64,000 nt of DNA from Eledone cirrhosa (lineage: Eukaryota), in NCBI GenBank assembly GCA_964016885.1, contig OZ024745.1, positions 134,354,001 to 134,418,000 of the forward strand. The letters are read 5' to 3'. Under the pieces are notes generated by a model that saw nothing but the letters and a program-made list of their open reading frames with translations, was not told the origin of the DNA and did not search any database. Positions 38,861 through 53,718 of this stretch are shown here, piece by piece. Position numbers and translations under genes: made by a program. Positions within the stretch are counted from its first letter, which is position 1. Every line of letters starts with the position of its first letter.

Positions 38861-41800
38861 TGATATATATATATATATCAAATTACAAAATATGAGGAAA
38901 TAATAGACAAAAATATTCATAATTTTTCTTCAAAGTCCCGACTACAGTTTCGCCAATCCGTGTGTAATATATTTTGCATTATAAAAATGCATCATCGCTG
39001 TGAGGTTGATACGGCTTATCCTAAGCTAACCCTCAGAAAAAAAGGACTGTTTCTTGATGCGTTCGTAGAAAGTGAGAAAATCTTTAGAGGTGGAGGGAGG
39101 AATTAACGCGTGATACAGTGGTTAAAAAAAAGGTCTGTTTCTTTCGTAGTAAGTGAGAATATCTCGAGAGGCGGAGGGATATTAACACATGATACAGTGG
39201 TCACAGATGTGTAGTAAGGTGGACAGTGAGTGAATAACGTATTTGCTAGAAAAAGCAGTTAGTACACTCCTGGGTTAACTCGACCATAGGGGAGTTTGGG
39301 ACAATATAATAATGAAATACACACACATATTCATATCGACACTCTGTATTGAGTTCCATTTTATTTTATTTCTACACATTCATTGCATGTGTATGACATT
39401 GGAAGAATAACGGGACAGTAATTTGTGTACACGAAGTGAGAGCATGACAGGTGTATGTGAAAAAAAGTTGAAAGCTGTGTGTGAAGAATATATAAATCCT
39501 AGCTAAGTATAAAATGAAAATTATTGTTGAGTAGTGGTTGAATCTGTCCCTGGTTTGATAAAGTGATTACTTCGATGACAAGATGTAAAAAAATAATAAT
39601 AATAAAGCGCTCTGCAATGTGGCCCCAAAACACTTGGACAGTTCCTATTAATAGCCTTCGGCACTTCTGTGGAGACTGATGCTATTAGAAAGTTCTGAAA
39701 TCGCAGTCAATAGCCGATCGATTTTTTTTTATAGTCAAGGAGGAAAGAAGAGTGCCAGTGAGAGTAGTGAGAGAGAGGGAGACGGTGTATTCACACAGGA
39801 GACATGGTTTAAAAGCCTGCAACTGAGTGGACATTAACGAAGGTGTCAAACCGTGTGACGAATTAAGTTACAGTGGAATTTGAACTCAGAATACAAAGAG
39901 CCAGAATAAATACAGCATCCCACCCGACACGCTAACAATTTTACCAATTTACAGCATGGGATAGCTACTTTATACAAAATTAACATTAGCGGAATTTGAA
40001 TTAAATGAAAATTAAACAGAAAAATTATACAAAGGCAGAACACCTCAAATTTGTAAGTAAATAGTCGGTTATATTCAACTTCAGTACTTAACAGGTGCTT
40101 TATTTTATCGACCCCAGAAAGATGAAAGTATAAGTTGACCACATGCTTTATTCCATCTCAGACTACCGCAAGGCATTTTGTTCGATGCTCTACTTATTCT
40201 GCTGTTTATGTATTGTAAAAATAGAAAATGGGTATTGGGCTTTATATTCTGTTAGTTCTGCGAGGCAGTTGTCACAGCTGTCACAATACATAATTGTGTA
40301 TTTGATGTACTGACTGCTGAAGATGTGTGTGAATAGGGAAATGACTTTCATCGGCAGGTCCAAGATAATGCGAGTGTTAGAAGTGAGTGGTTAGTGAAGA
40401 GCTGCTAATAGAAAACGAGAGGAGAGAGAGAGAGTATATGTACAATGGAGACTAAGTTATCAACAATGGGTAGGTTCTCAGATAATACTCTTTTATTTCT
40501 TTGTTGTTATTAATAACAAATCATTTTTTTTTTCATGTGTACAGATATATACACCCAATTACTAATTACACGCTTCTATTTTTTTCTCCCCATATCTTCA
40601 AGGAAGTAATATTAAGGCCATACAAGATGTTTTAACGCACTCCTCTTACCATTTTTCTTAGTAATTATGTACATGTTGTTATTGTTTAACTCCATGCCAG
40701 CTCTGAAGACTGTGACTATCCTGCCTTGTTTTCGCAGACAATCTAAGACTAGATTATTCAATGTATCTTTTTATTATAATTATTTTTTGTTGTCTTTCTA
40801 AAGACAATAGAGTGTGATTTGAAAGATATTTGGTTGCTATTTCTAGCCTCTTCAGGTTACTAGTTGGTATGTTCAGATTTCATTGAGTAAAACCGTAACA
40901 GCTGAAATTGAACTTAACTAAAATCCGCCGAAGTCGATGTAATAAGTATTAGCTATATATTGAAATTGTTAAAACTCGATTACACCCACCTGAAAACCTG
41001 TGTCCTTATTTAAAAGTAAAATTATTTTTCTATAATTTCTTTTTTGTAAGAAATGAAAACAACGTTTATTAACATCTTTTATTTGTGTGTTAGTATATAT
41101 GTGGGGTCTGAAATATTGGTCCATTTTTATTAACTTTTCACCCCCAACCCTCCCGTTTATTAAGTTTTACTAATCTATCTCCGGCAAAATGTTGTTTTAA
41201 GTGCTAGCATTCCTGTGACAATTAATTTTCTTTAGACTTTAAAAAAACATATGTGACAAAAGTACATTACTAGCAATCCCATATGTTATAAAATAGATAG
41301 AGTGGGTTGGGGTCTCAATGTAAACTAAATAACTAATTCTGGATTTTAAAAACATCATACAGAGAAAATTTTTGTGAGCTTCTGTGTCTGAATATGACTT
41401 TTAATCGCTGGTTTCTGGCATTCGATTGTGGTTATGTTGAGGCACTACACCGAAGGGGATTTTTGTCGATCATATCAACCTCAATACTTTTTTCATGTGT
41501 AGTACTTATTTGGGGGATAAGATCTTTTGACGAATAGCTAAGTTACATGACCTAAACACGCATACACGACGGGCTTTCGTACAGTTTCCATTTATTACAT
41601 TTCATTCTCAAGACATTAACGAAAGGCTACTTGCCCAAGGTGCTATGTAGTGTGGTGGAATTAGAGGCTGAACCCGAGACCACGTTGCTGTGAAGCGAAC
41701 TCCTTAACGACAGTCATAGCTGTACCTAATTTGTGTAAAATATCAGTTGGTTTCATATTTGGTTATTACGTTTACATTTTGTTCTGGGTATTCTTATATT

Positions 41801-42545
41801 TATGCAAAAATTCACACAAACACACACATGTCTATATAAACGTAAGTAGGATCGATGTTGCAGCACATATATAAATTTTATTGGCATATTTCAATCGTTT
41901 CAATATCGACCAGCTCAGGGTACAATCATAATGACCGGGGCCCAACTCTTCCTCGACATCTAATCAGATATGCGAGTTTATATGTGCAAAGACACATTCT
42001 AACAAAGGGATTCGTTTATATACATTTATAAATGGGTGAAGAAAGTAAACAACTCTAAAGTTGCATTTAAAGACAAGAAGAAAATTAATGTTCTGTCCTA
42101 CACCATCTTGGTGTAGGACAGAACAAAGGAGAGACAAACAATAACTAATTCGAAGCCAGAATATAAAAGGGACAGAAGGAAAACATAGAAAATAAGAAAA
42201 TAAAAAAAGTAATAGAAAATATAAAGGAAAAAAAAAAAACCAAGTAACGACCACTGCTACATCGGCAGCAACAACAACCATTACAATGTAACAGGTAGGA
42301 CGAAAGCAGGTGTTTTAACACCAGTTATGTGTCCCATTAGCAGTGACGGGGTTGTTTGTGTGGAAGGATGGTAGGAAGTGCAGGTATCGACCATCAGTCA
42401 GACTAACGCCAGCTACAGTTAAAACACTACCATTAATATATGTCAATAAATATGATGGTGCTTTCTGCCCAGTTGTGAGGACAGCATTGTCACCAACACC
42501 AATGATCACGGTATCAACAAGACCAACAGGCTTCACCCAACCCTT

Positions 42546-42802
42546 TTACTCTTCGCCGGGGTCAGTTTTATTGGTAGTTGTGCTAGTCGTACCATTAGGA
42601 GCTACATTGACTACATAGTGCTCGGTTGCAATGATAGTGGTGGCAGCATTATTGATAGTAATGTGAGAGATTTCCGTAAGTTTCATAAAGGGTCCCGTCC
42701 CCTTGACTATAATATTTGGAAATACTCGCTTCATTTGTATATCATTAGAGGTACATGGTGTTATAATGCCTTGTGTTGGTTGATAGCATCGAAGTAGTGA
42801 AT
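42546..42802 (-). CDS. Putative terminal exon of an unidentified gene (DSLLRCYQPTQGIITPC...TNKTDPGEE*)
   Basis: Pyrimidine-rich acceptor (ttactattcatgttccgtag). Only one frame is open, the sequence is unique and protein-like, and no family is recognised. Confidence 0.4.
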
Positions 42803-43084
42803 CTACGGAACATGAATAGTAAATATAAAAAGTAAGGTATGTAGTAATGCTTTCTTATTTAGACACCAACAATTTAGGGGAGGGGAAAGTCAATTAAATC
42901 GAAACCAGTACATTACTGGTACTTTATTTTATCGACTTTGTAAGGACGAAAGGCAAAGTTAACCTCGGCAGCATTTGAACTAAAGGGATGTAACTAAATA
43001 CCGCAATGCAGTTTGTCCGATGCCTTAACAATTTTACAAAACCAATAATAAAACATGAAATAGTGAACCATGAAACACGTAATA

Positions 43085-43265
43085 ATTATTTCTACTTTGT
43101 CACAAGGCCAGCAATCATCCCAGTGTATTACTGGTACTTTATTCTATCGATCCCGTAAGCATGAAAGGCAAAGTGAACCTCGGCGGGATTTGAACTCTGA
43201 ACGTAAAATGACCGTAACTCTATGCTGCAAAGCATGGCGTGGGACCCTCTACCGATACTGCCCTA
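43085..43265 (-). mobile_element. tRNA-derived SINE
   Basis: Reverse complement of the SINE consensus seen elsewhere in the window. Confidence 0.85.
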
Positions 43266-46200
43266 GAAAATGAAACATGTAATAATAATACATGGGAGTT
43301 TTTGTATACTAATTGCGCGGATAATCTCAGCTTATTGATTATTCTTCAATCACTATATTACATGCACGAGAGCCTACCATCTTTACTGTTATACAATGGA
43401 ACCTAGGTTCATGAATGATGTTTCGAGTAATGAATGTGCAAGCCATATAGATGCAGTAATACAGAAGACCCGCCTTCCCATATGAATGGGTTGAAGCATA
43501 CATTTTGTATGCACTACCTTCCCTTCCATACACTTCCACGTCCGAGCACCCTCCCTTCATCCATGTCACTCCCCCTCTTGCACTTCCTATATCCTAATAC
43601 TCCACCCCTCACAGATGTCCCTAGATCTATCTCCTCAATATCCCCCACCCCAGTCCCCACACAGTAAAGTGGTCATGTAGGCGACACAATAAAAAGCACT
43701 CAGTACTCACTGTAAATAAGGTTAGCACTACGAAGGGCGTCCAGCTGTAGAAACCAAGCCAAAATTGGTCCTGTATGATCAAGACATCGTCACCCGACCT
43801 GGCATTGCTCACAGCAGGATAATTCGTCTAACCCATGCTAGTGTGGAAAAATGGACGTTAAACGGTGATGATGATATGACATTGATGATTGATGCATACA
43901 TAGAAGCACACATAAATATAGTCACACACATACACATATATGAAAAATAAATATCTATAGTTTCTCACACCTCATAAAGTTGTTAGTGTTCATTTTTGTT
44001 TTCTCTACAAACTTTTGTAATGAGAATCATCGAGAGAGACAAAGAAAATATCTTTTTAAAAACCAGGTCAACTATAGCATTGGCTGTAGTTTCCAAAATA
44101 TTTGATCTATTGATCTTATTGGAGTTATCTCCCTTGTTTGTTGTTTTTAAATTCCAAACACCTCCAAGGGAGTTTTTTGCTAATTAATGTTGTATTTGTG
44201 TTGAGTATGCTCCCTTGAGATATTTTCCTGTTTCATTACACCAACCATGCTAGGACACCACCTTAATAGTTGATCATATCAACCCAAGTACTTTTTTTTT
44301 CAAGTCATACAGGTACAAACGTTTAATAAGATATTGGTCGACCCTAATCTGTAGTAGAAGACATTTGCCTGAGTTATCAAGTAGTGGGAGTGAACCAGAA
44401 ACTGTGATTGCAAAGTGAACCCCTTAACATCACAACCATGCCTGTGCCTATGGGTTTGTTAAAATTTATTAGCCTTTTATGCAGGCAAATGACAATGTTC
44501 AGCCACTTTTCAATTTTTCACAAGTTCTATGCACCTTACCAACCTTTGCCTCACAGGCCTTAGCATGACCCCAAGTTCCTAAAACCTATTTTCATCACTA
44601 ATTCCATCACTCATCTTCTACAGCTAAATAATGAATTCATTGTTTTCTTTTATCCTCAAATATGTGAATTGCCTGCTGACATTTGTATTTGATTTCCATC
44701 CTAAATTTATTTAGGCCTTCCTAGAGTATAAACAGGCCATGTATCAGCAAGTGCAATTAATATTGTGTTTAAAGGGCAGTTATAATGAATGGTGTTTTAT
44801 AATCCATGAATACATTTTCTGGGTTTGTATGTCACATTAGGTTGTTGTTTAACCATATGTAAGCTCCAAACATGCAGACCTATGATCAAAAGCATTCCAG
44901 CTTTGACCATCACATCTTTTTTCTTTAATCCTTTTCTACTTGAAACTAACCCTGGTTTTCTGATATTCACTTCTTTATTTTAAAGTGTTTATATTTATCT
45001 AAAAACCTTCCATCATGACTTTATGTAGAAACAACCTTTAAGTTCTAAGCTGCTGCTTCATAATGTGGATATTCTTGATTATTTTAAAAATTGTTTGAAA
45101 GGTATAGGCAGCATTTTTTATTAGAAATATAGTAACTACATTAACCAATAGTTAGTTAGCCACAGGTCAATTCTGGTGGAATAAAACTATAATCATAGGG
45201 ATTCCAGCTGTTTCTTCTTTTTCAAGCATGGGACTATGTTGTTCAATGTTTCTTTTTATAAGAGTGTATTTGAGGACAATTTAGCTACTACTTATAGCAA
45301 GTCAAACAACCATATAGAGGCTTGTTCAGGTTGGTCTTGTTGCTGTTTAGACTTGTGAACAAAGGCATTCCACCCATGATCATCTAGTCTTGTTTTTTTT
45401 TTTGTTTTTTTAAGGCATATTTCACCTTCATTCTTTAAGAATGTAGAAATCAATCAAATGAAATGTTACAACTCACAGCAATGCAGGTTTAGCTGGCTTC
45501 ATGCAAGGTTGCTTCCCATAGGTTTCTTGGGTGTTTTAATAGGAATTCAGCCCTACCATATAAAGCGGTGTGAAATGAAGTGTCTTGTTCAAGAATGCAA
45601 CACAGAACTTAGTCTAGGAATCAAACCCAATACGGTATGATCATGTGTCCAACACTCTAACCACTAAGCCATGCAAGGTGTGATTTGAGGCAAATTTAAC
45701 TATTTTTAGCAGGCCAAGCTACCTTGGCATATCAATAGGTTGTTATTGGGGGTCTAAGAAATCTCTAACATTTATTACAACTGGCCAAATGGGTACCTTT
45801 AAACCAAACCCCTGATACTTCAATACATTTTCCCAGTCGATGTTCAGGCTGACTATTAACCACACCAGCCTTATCAGTTTGTGAAGGTCTGACTAAATTA
45901 TGCAAAAGAAAAAAAAAATTATCCAGTTTAAGTCGTAAAGTTATTAAGTTATTCTGCTCTTAAATTTTCAAATATGTTCCAGCTGTGACATCTTTTACCC
46001 TACCTCAGATATATTATCTACAACTACATTCTGTAATCTATCTTTCCTTTTTTTTAAAAAAGTCATTAAGGTGTGATTTGATGAAGATTTGACTACTGGT
46101 TTTAGTAGGTTGTGTAACTTTATACAGCTGTGGTATTTTATCACCATACTATCCTTTTTCTAAGACAAATTGCACCTAAGACTGGTTTATCTAATGTGGC

Positions 46201-47358
46201 CTTATTTTCTAAGATTGTAACATATAATCTGAGGAAGATTAAACTGCTATTTCTAGCAATTCTAGAAATTGTTTAGAGGTTCCCTTATTGGCTCTTTTAT
46301 AGCTGTTGTATTGTTGGGTGTTTTATGTATTGTTTACATAAAATAGAAAAGAAAAAAACATAATGTTATTTGTAACTAATACTTTCTACCTGTTTGCAGC
46401 AAAATTGATAAATAAAATAAATAAACAAAAACAAATTGGTGTATCGTTACTTTTGTAGAGGCTGATGAACTGTTTAACTTGTTGCGTAGTTCCAGGTCAG
46501 CTCTCGTTGGCACAACCCTATTGTTATGATGATGGATCCTATGTCAGCTTTGATAGGGAGAATTCATGTATTTGATCAACTGAATGTCTGACTCAGTAAA
46601 TAATTGTTTCTACTTTTGGCACAAGGCCAGCAATTATCTCAGTATATTACTGGTACTTTATTTTATCGACTCATTAATTAATGCCTCTAATTAATTGCCT
46701 CAGTATTCCACAACTGTATCCTTCATGTAATTCACATCACTATAACATGCACTGTCAATACTGGAACTTTCAATTACAACTACAATCCATCTGTTTAGCT
46801 TCCACACAGTTTCCATCTATCCCATTCCAGATATCCATATCTCAGGTTGATGGCAAGTAGTAGGATTGAAACTGGGCCCTCATGATAGTGAAACAAACTT
46901 CTTAATATATCATATCTGTGAATAGCTGAGGTGTACCACAGTATAGGCAAGGTGGACTAGCTTAGTATATGATAGCTGTTCCTCTGCCCTTAATATTAGC
47001 AGTGTGTATTGCAACATAATATTTACTGCTTATATCATAACAAAAGCTTCCCTTCATAGTTGCTTGACTTAGCAACCAAATCTTCTTCAAATTTTGCTCT
47101 ACTATTTTCAAAATAGAACATACTAGATACAGTAATTCTGCAGTTGTTCATCTCACTTTCAGAAATATGTGTTCCAAACAGGAGTTGATTTGATTAAAAC
47201 TAGAATATTTGAATCAAGCCAATGAAGAACCCTTGAAAGTGAGAGAAATCAAATCTCCCTCAAAACACACCATACCCTTTTTTTTAAAAAACGGACACAT
47301 TGTATCAATGTAGCTCAGGGTATAATATGATCATTTATGTTATTATTAAAGTTGTTTC

Positions 47359-47548
47359 ACAGCGGTGAACTGGCAGTATCGGTAGAGGGTTGGATGCCAT
47401 GCTTTGACGCATAGTTATGGCCCTTGCCATTCTGAGTTCAAATCCTGCCGAGGTTAACTTTGCCTTTCATCCGTACAGGGTCGATAAAATAAAGTACCAG
47501 TAATGTACTCGGAAATTGCTGGCCTTGTGCCAAAAGTAGAAACAATTA
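47359..47548 (+). mobile_element. tRNA-derived SINE, full length
   Basis: Boxes A and B, with TSD ATTATTAAAGTTGTTT. Confidence 0.9.
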
Positions 47549-48769
47549 TTAAAGTTGTTTGAGTTAAAGTTTGTCTTCAACCTAAAGACTCGTTAGGCTG
47601 GAGTTTATCTCAGTTTCCTAGTCTCAAGATTATCCTAGAACAAGACTCCCCACTAATGAAATGTCAGTCTCTTCCAAACTTAAATTCCAGTTAACTCATT
47701 TTTTTCAGTTGAGTGGACTGGGCAATGTAACCACAAAACTTCAGTTATAAGGGTGGTGAAATGGTAGTCTGATGTTTAGTTATATCCCTTTGTGCTTTGT
47801 TCAAACCCTACTGAAGTTGACTTTCTTCTTCATTTTCTTTTTCTTCCTTTTTTCTTCTTCTTCTCTTCCTTTTCTTCTTCGTCTTCGTCTTGTCCTCCTC
47901 CTCATTCTTCTTCTTCTTCTTGTCGTCCTCCTCCTTCTTCTTCTTCTTGTCCTCCTTCTTCTTCAAGGGTCATAGGTACAGGGTTCTCAGGTACTCCTTC
48001 CAGCAGGTCCTGTCAGAAGCAACCCTCACCAATTGATTTGCCTGAGTTCCCAAGAGAAACCAACCAAGCCCATGGATGTTATCCAATTATCTTGCTTCAC
48101 TCTCTGTACTCTATCGAGTAGCGCTTCTCCAAAGACTCTTCAAAGGAACCTCATTTTGACTGCTTGTATTACAATCATATTCGTTTAGTCATGTTACTAA
48201 TACTGGACTGTTGGGTTTAGGACTCACTTCAATGTAGATTTAGCTGGCCTCCTACTAGGTAGCATCCCATAGGAGGTTTCTCAGTGTTTTAATGATAGGG
48301 CTTGGGTTCTATCCTGGAATAATTTTGGACTACCTATCTGATAATTTCTTATATAGGTACATAGCCAGAAATGTTGGTGTGAGGGAACAGCCAAACAGTT
48401 CATTATCAACTCCAGTTGCTGTAACTAAATACATGAAAGATCCTTTAATTTGCAGTTCAATATTCTATTGACGTGGCTGTCAGTATAATACATGGTATTT
48501 AATCTAGCAAGATATTTAGTCTTTGTTTTGTGTTGCTAAATAAACTCATTTGTCTGATAGTGTAATATTTGGACTATTCTAGTTAAGCCTCCTTTTTCCT
48601 GAAATGGATCGATCTCTCACTCTATACAATCTCTCACTCTATACAATCTCTCACTCTATACAATCTCTCACTATATACAGTCTTTTATTCTATGTTTATC
48701 AAAGATTGGCACAACAATGTCAGTTAATTGAATCCAACAAAAAGGTTTGACAAGAAAACTTTACAAATC

Positions 48770-49190
48770 ATTTACACACACTTACACACAGCACAATACA
48801 ATACACACACACTTACACACAGCACAATACAATACACACTTACACACAGCACAATACACACACACATGCATAAATTAATACACATAACATATTATGTACC
48901 AAATGACTTCACCAGGAACCATAGTTACTTAAAGTATATATTATGTATGTATGTATATGGTGTATGTATGTATATGGTGTATGTATGTATATGTATGGTG
49001 CATGTATGTATGTATATGGTGTGTATATGTATGGTGTATGTATGTACATGTATGGTGCATGTATGTGTATGATGCATGTATGCATGTGTGTATGTATTTG
49101 TATTTGTGCACATGAGTGTATGGTGTATGTATGTGTATAGTACCAGTGTATATGTATTTGTGCACATGTTCAATACTACACACACATAAT
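48770..49190. repeat. (CA)n-like and (TATG)n-like low-complexity repeats
   Basis: Seen directly. Confidence 0.9.
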
Positions 49191-50204
49191 ACCGTCCCTC
49201 CACCCAGTTACAGGTAGTAAGTTGTTGAGGACAATATTACGGATTGGTAGTTTGGTAGAATTAGTAGAGTTGCAAATAAAATGTCTTGCAGTCTTGTATT
49301 TAAACCCTTCAAATAGGTGAATAAGTAGTCAAGTACTAAGGTTGATCTGTTCAAATAGCCCCCCCCCCCCCCCCCCCCATGTAAGGTCTTGTGTCTGTTA
49401 GAAACCATTATTTTGATGTCATATAATAACAGAATTGATAAAGGTAGAAACAAAATGTTTTGCAGAGTTTAAATCCATCCATAATCAACTAAAACTTTCT
49501 TTTAAAATTTGTAATTAATGTTAAAATTTATTAGTAAATGCTGTATTATTTGCTTATTTTTCCCAACGTATATTTTGGCTATTTCCGAAATAAACCATGC
49601 TGTATATTCTCCCCCTCTCTCCAAGTCTCTACATATTCGATCTCATCCCAAACCCATGCCATTCTACCCCTTTCTTTCACTCATTCATTTCGGTGTTACA
49701 TATGAACATAGACAGCTTTTCACTTTCTTCTATGGATTTGTAAAGAATTCCAACTTATCCCAGCCATCCATTCGCCTTGTCAAATATGCCTACTTGTATC
49801 TGCTTATTTCCCCCGAATCTTCAGTGATGATATATGCCATAATGACTACCTATCTCACAATTTACCTACCACCCACCCACCACCACTCACCACCATAGAT
49901 CTTCAATCAATCAAACCACAGCAACATATCCTCACCCATTTCTTGCACCAATAAATTCTGCTATTATTACTACTGTCTTTTTTATCCCTGCCCTAAATTC
50001 TTGTTTATCGTTATCTTTGGATGAGCTGAGGATGATGGAACAACCCCGAATAAATAAATGAATATGAATCCACAAGTTACCAAGTGTCCATGCGAAGATT
50101 TATTCAGAGACAGGAAGCATACACACTCCCTCGCAAAATTTCACCCTCCCCACCAGTGATGGCAAATGCCCAAAAGTCTGAATTGGCACTATCAACGTAA
50201 GCAC

Positions 50205-52030
50205 ATGGGTCGGTAGGTCACACCATAACCACACGTATTGTTAACCAGGTAATACTAGAGGGTGTCATACTGAATGATTGGTGTAGCAGCATCGTCAACT
50301 GCTGCAAGGGTAAAGGAGTTGCACTAGATTGAGGAAACTAAAGAGGCATCAAGTTGATGGACCAGGTCATGAAAGTACCAGAAAGAGTTATAGCACAGCT
50401 GATTAGGGACCGGGTAAATCTAGATGAGATGCAGTTTGGGTTTGTGACGGGCACTAAGCACCACTGATGCCCTCTTCCTTGAGAGGCAGTTACAGGAAAA
50501 GTACCTAGCTAAAAGTAAGTTGCTCTACCTGGCATTTGTCGATCTGGAAAAAGCCTTCAACAGAGTGCCCTGTGCTATAATATGGTGGGCTCTTAGAAAA
50601 CTAGTAGATGAATGGCTTGTGAAAGCTGTATAAGCCATGTATAGGGGAGCAGTCAGGAAAGTTAGGATTAACAATGACTATAGCGAGGAATTTAGCATAC
50701 AGGTCGGTATCCACCAGGGCTCTGTTCTTAGCCCTCTTCTGTTTATTATCGTTTTGCAGGCTATAACAGGAGTTTAAGACCGGATGCCCATGGGAACTCC
50801 TATATGCGGATGATCTCACACTTGTAGCTGAGTCTATGGTAGAACTAGAAAAGAAATTCTAAACATGGAAGCAGGGACGAGAAAGAAGGTGTCTTGAAGT
50901 CAACCTGACAAAGACTAAGCTCTTCATAAGTAGATGAGAAAACAGAACCCAGATCCGCTCAGGGAAATGGCCTTCCTCAGTATGTAGGAAAGGTGTAGGT
51001 AGAAATTACATCCTTTGCCCCAAATGCAAACTATGGGTGCACAAGAGATGTAGTGGGATCTCAGGAAGTTTAGCTAGGTATGTAGGCTTTACATGTAACA
51101 GTTGCACCAGAGCAGCAAGCAGCCACAGGAAACAAGCACTACCAAACTCTGGGAGGGCTCTGTAGAAACAGTAGACAGCTTCTGCTACTTAGGTGACCAA
51201 ATTAGTAGCGGAGATGGGTGTTCTGAAAGTACAGTAACCAGGGTAAGAATAGAATGGAAGAAGTTCAGGGAGCTACTACCACTGCTGGCTATAAAAGGCT
51301 TTTCCCTCGAAATGAAAGGAAGACTGTATGATGCGTGCATACAAACAGCAAAGTTATATGGTAATGAGACCTGGGCGATGTGTGTAGAAGACTTGCATAG
51401 ATTAGAAAGAAACGAAGCTTGCATGCTTCGGTGGATGTGTAATAGTAATATATGCGAACGGCAAAGCATAAACGAATTGAGAGAGAGACTAAGCATAAGA
51501 GGAATCAAATGTTGTGTGCAGGAGAGGAGATTGCATTGGTATGGACATGTGATGTGTATGAAGGATGACAGCTGCATAAAAAGGTGTAGACTGCTCAAAG
51601 TCGATGAAAGCCTTGGAGTGGGGAGACCCAAGAAGACCTGGGATGAGGTGATAAAAGCCGACCTTGTCCAATTGCACCTCTCACAGGCGATAACACAGGA
51701 CCGTGATCTCTGGCGTCACACAGTAATAGAAGACCCCTCCCCCCCACGAGTACAAGCCGGAGCTGAAGCATATAGACAGTGGTCGTGAAGGTGTCACAAC
51801 AAAAAAAACACTCAGCCACACTGTAAAGTGGACATGTAGGTGTCACGGTAAAAAGCACCCAGTACTGTAAATGAGGTTGGTGTTAGGAAAGGCATCCAAC
51901 TGTAGAAATCAAGCCAAAATCAATTCCCGTATGAGCAAGACATGGTGACCTGATCTGGCATTGCCCACAACAGAACAACCCGTCTAACCCATGCTAGTGT
52001 GAAAGAATGGACATAAAACAGTGATGGTGA
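50205..52030 (+). mobile_element. 5'-truncated RTE LINE
   Basis: RT motifs (LLYADDL) and C-terminal ORF 51102-51788. Same family as 23918-25845. Confidence 0.95.
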
Positions 52031-52942
52031 TGTACCTTGCACATCATGTAAAGTGGTAATATGATAAAATACACCCATCAGACTCTGTAAAGTGGTAATG
52101 TACTCAGTACACTCTGTGATAGTACTGGTGCCATGATAAAATGTACTTAGTAGACTCGACGAAATGGCAGTACTGATGCCATAAAAAATACACTCTATAA
52201 AGTGGTTGGCATTAAGAACGGCATCAAGCAATAGTAACCATGCAAAAATAAAATGGAATGTATAAAAAAATGTTTCACTGTCCATGTCGTCATGGAAACA
52301 GATGTAAAATGATAATGATTTCTTTATTTATTTATTCTTGATAATGAAAGCCATTTGATGTATAAAATGGTTCTACCCTCATCACATAGTGATGTAGGGG
52401 AACCAATCTGATATCATTTTATAGTGAATTATATTGATTACTACAAACATGGATCTTGGAAAAAGTAGTAATAATAATTATTATTCCCTCTAGCAATGAC
52501 CATCACACTAGCAATTATATCTCTTTCTTTCAAAACTACTACTTGATTATAATCAATATTTAGTATAATCACTGTGATGGTGTCTGGCTTAGTAGCTAGT
52601 GTTCTGCTCAGTCAGAGGGTCATGAATTTGATTCCAGGCAGTGAATTGTATATTTGAACATAACACTATATTTTACATTGCTTCAGCCCACTCAGCTGGC
52701 AAAAATGAGCTGTACCAGTAATTCAAAGGGGTCAGTCTTGTCACATGGTGTCGTGCTAAATCTCCCTGAGAACTACATTAGGAGTAAACATATGTGGAAT
52801 GCTCAGCCACTTGTCTGTTAATTTCACGAATAGGCTGTTCCATTGGTTGAACAACTGGTACGCTTGACATCAAAACTGTCGGAGTTTCAAGACAACTGTA
52901 AATATAAATCACTGCTATGTGTGATGTAATAAAATTTAACTC

Positions 52943-53718
52943 CCGTATATACTCAAATATAAGTCGACCTTCTATCTATTTGTGTATATAAGTATATATG
53001 GAACTCAAGTGAACGTATTTAAGACTATTCAACAGAATTCGTAATATAATCGGCTTGTCTCCCCACAGCCCCGGAGGACGGTAAGGGAGACGAGAAATTA
53101 CCAAAAACTGAAACCCCATTTATAAACCAAGGCAGCTGACACATGGCACTGCTTGGAAATTTTCAAGAGTGGAGAAAATATTTGCAAAGTTTTAATATTT
53201 TGATATTTAAATCTCATTTAAAGTTTTTGTTTCACTACTTCACTACTTAATGACTTGAGGGGGGTGAGGGGAGAGAGGTGGGTGAGGGAGAGAGGAGACA
53301 ACGAGAGGGTGAGAAGGGAGAGGGGTGAGGGAGACGAGGGAAAGGGAGGGAGAGAGCAAGCGAAATAAAACAAGATTGAAAGAAAGCATAATTATATAAA
53401 TCACAGAGAAAAATAGTGTATGTGTGTGTGTGTGTGTATGCTCGCATGTGTGTGTGTGTGTGTACGTGTGTTTATGCTCGCGTGTGTGTGTGTGTGTATT
53501 TTAATACAAAAATATCCTCAACATTTTATGTTGGAAATGTTCTCAAGGCAATAACAATATAGTAAAGGTAGAAAAACTGTTTCATTGTGAAATAATCAAT
53601 ACAGATATTTTAGCATCTTGTTTACAAAGAACTTGAAGTTGGTGAAAATTCAGCAAAATATTGACCTCGAATATAAGATCGATATTTTAGTCCTCACCTT
53701 ATATTCGAGTATACATGG
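52943..53718. mobile_element. pogo/Tc-mariner-like MITE
   Basis: TIRs CCGTATATACTCAAATATAAG ... CTTATATTCGAGTATACATGG|TA. Confidence 0.7.

Noticed and set aside
32100-41900. Head-to-head NHLRC2 as in the human locus
   Set aside because: No plus-strand thioredoxin or NHL exons recognised here. Small exons could have been missed by eye.
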